This document shows, in pieces, positions 63,291 to 64,000 of a DNA stretch of 64,000 bases (position 1 is its first letter; each line of letters begins with the position of its first letter). The notes below the pieces were generated by a model. The model was given only the letters and a program-made list of their open reading frames with translations, ran no database searches and had not been told where the DNA came from. The translations under genes were made by a program, and so were the position numbers. The stretch is from Bacteroidetes bacterium UKL13-3. GTDB taxonomy: Bacteria; Bacteroidota; Bacteroidia; UKL13-3. The stretch spans positions 2,676,402 through 2,740,401 of the forward strand of contig CP012155.1 of NCBI GenBank assembly GCA_001602415.1, given 5' to 3'.

Positions 63291-64000
63291 TCATTGAATT
63301 CGATGACGAATACTTTGCTTTTGAAGCCATACCAGAAGATTTGTTTGATGCTCTTCTGACTTTTGATATTCAAATAAAATACGTTTGTCATCAGACACGA
63401 TTTGTTTCAGATACGTTGCAAAGGGAGTCGTTTTTTCTATTTTAATTATTTCTTCCAACTTTACTTTTATGATAGTTAGTGCAAACATTTTGAATCGTTC
63501 ATTCTGTTCGTCATACCTAAATTTTGTAATTATGTTATAAGCATCATCAAGCCTGCCAGCATTAAAATAGGCTCCACTCAGGTTAATAATACCATCCGAA
63601 AAAGTTGGCGATAAACGATGGGATTGCTCTAACAACTCAATCGCTTTAGTATGGTTTCCTTCCTTCTCAAAACAGGCTCCGTAATTATTCAGCACATGCA
63701 CCTGATAAGGATGTAATTGATAGGCTTCTTCAAAACGCTTCTTAGCCTCAACAAGATTGTCTTGCATAAAATATCCTACACCCACATACCACTGAAGAGG
63801 TATGGAATAATAGTCCATATTAAAATAAGGCGTTTGTGCTTTTGTGCCTTCAACCACCAGTCGCTGCCAATTACCCGCTGCATGTGCCTTATACATTTTT
63901 CGCAACTGTAACTCACTCTTCCAACGCTGAGCACAAACGAATATGGAATACATTGAGAGTATAACAGGTATGAGCCACATCCATCGATACATTTTTAGTC
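63291..64000 (-). CDS. TPR-containing C-terminus of a membrane protein (possibly O-antigen ligase-like); 5' end outside the window
   Basis: Frame is open to the window edge; a TM helix is followed by TPR motifs (HPYQVHVLNNYG, NLSGAYFNAG). Confidence 0.6.
   Translation of the reverse strand, partial: LKMYRWMWLIPVILSMYSIFVCAQRWKSELQLRKMYKAHAAGNWQRLVVEGTKAQTPYFNMDYYSIPLQWYVGVGYFMQDNLVEAKKRFEEAYQLHPYQVHVLNNYGACFEKEGNHTKAIELLEQSHRLSPTFSDGIINLSGAYFNAGRLDDAYNIITKFRYDEQNERFKMFALTIIKVKLEEIIKIEKTTPFATYLKQIVSDDKRILFEYQKSEEHQTNLLVWLQKQSIRHRIQ

Overview
AT-rich chromosomal window from a gliding, T9SS-positive Bacteroidota. The assignment rests on gldA-gldF-gldG, several T9SS C-terminal sorting domains, TAnnTTTG -7 promoter boxes, mitochondrial-type aconitase and eukaryotic-type citrate synthase. 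Most genes are housekeeping: murB (partial), secDF, udk, a TetR-TolC-MFP-RND efflux operon, acnA, mnmE, lpdA, miaA, rluE-like, gltA, lptE, secG, groES/EL, fhs and two desaturases. There are also two ECF sigma/anti-sigma modules, one IS200/IS605 element and about six decayed genes, mostly for secreted or surface proteins. I found no rRNA, tRNA or CRISPR array. The most interesting signals are: (1) a tandem pair of structured non-coding elements at 14.1-14.5 kb with a near-identical 44-45 nt core and sequence-divergent but structurally conserved GAAA-loop terminators, probably paralogous sRNAs with an anti-start-codon-like single-stranded segment; (2) an FNR-like TGAY-N4-RTCA box upstream of that locus and of both desaturases; (3) an ECF operon led by a soluble protein carrying the DUF2723-type 'GDNDTxP' motif; (4) a phage Hef-like/GNAT-like gene coupled to a pseudouridine synthase; (5) a dual-membrane-spanning anti-sigma factor with a duplicated N-terminal motif; (6) an unannotated 43-aa CxxC/CxxC microprotein. 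All calls come from reading the sequence by eye; no database searches were run.
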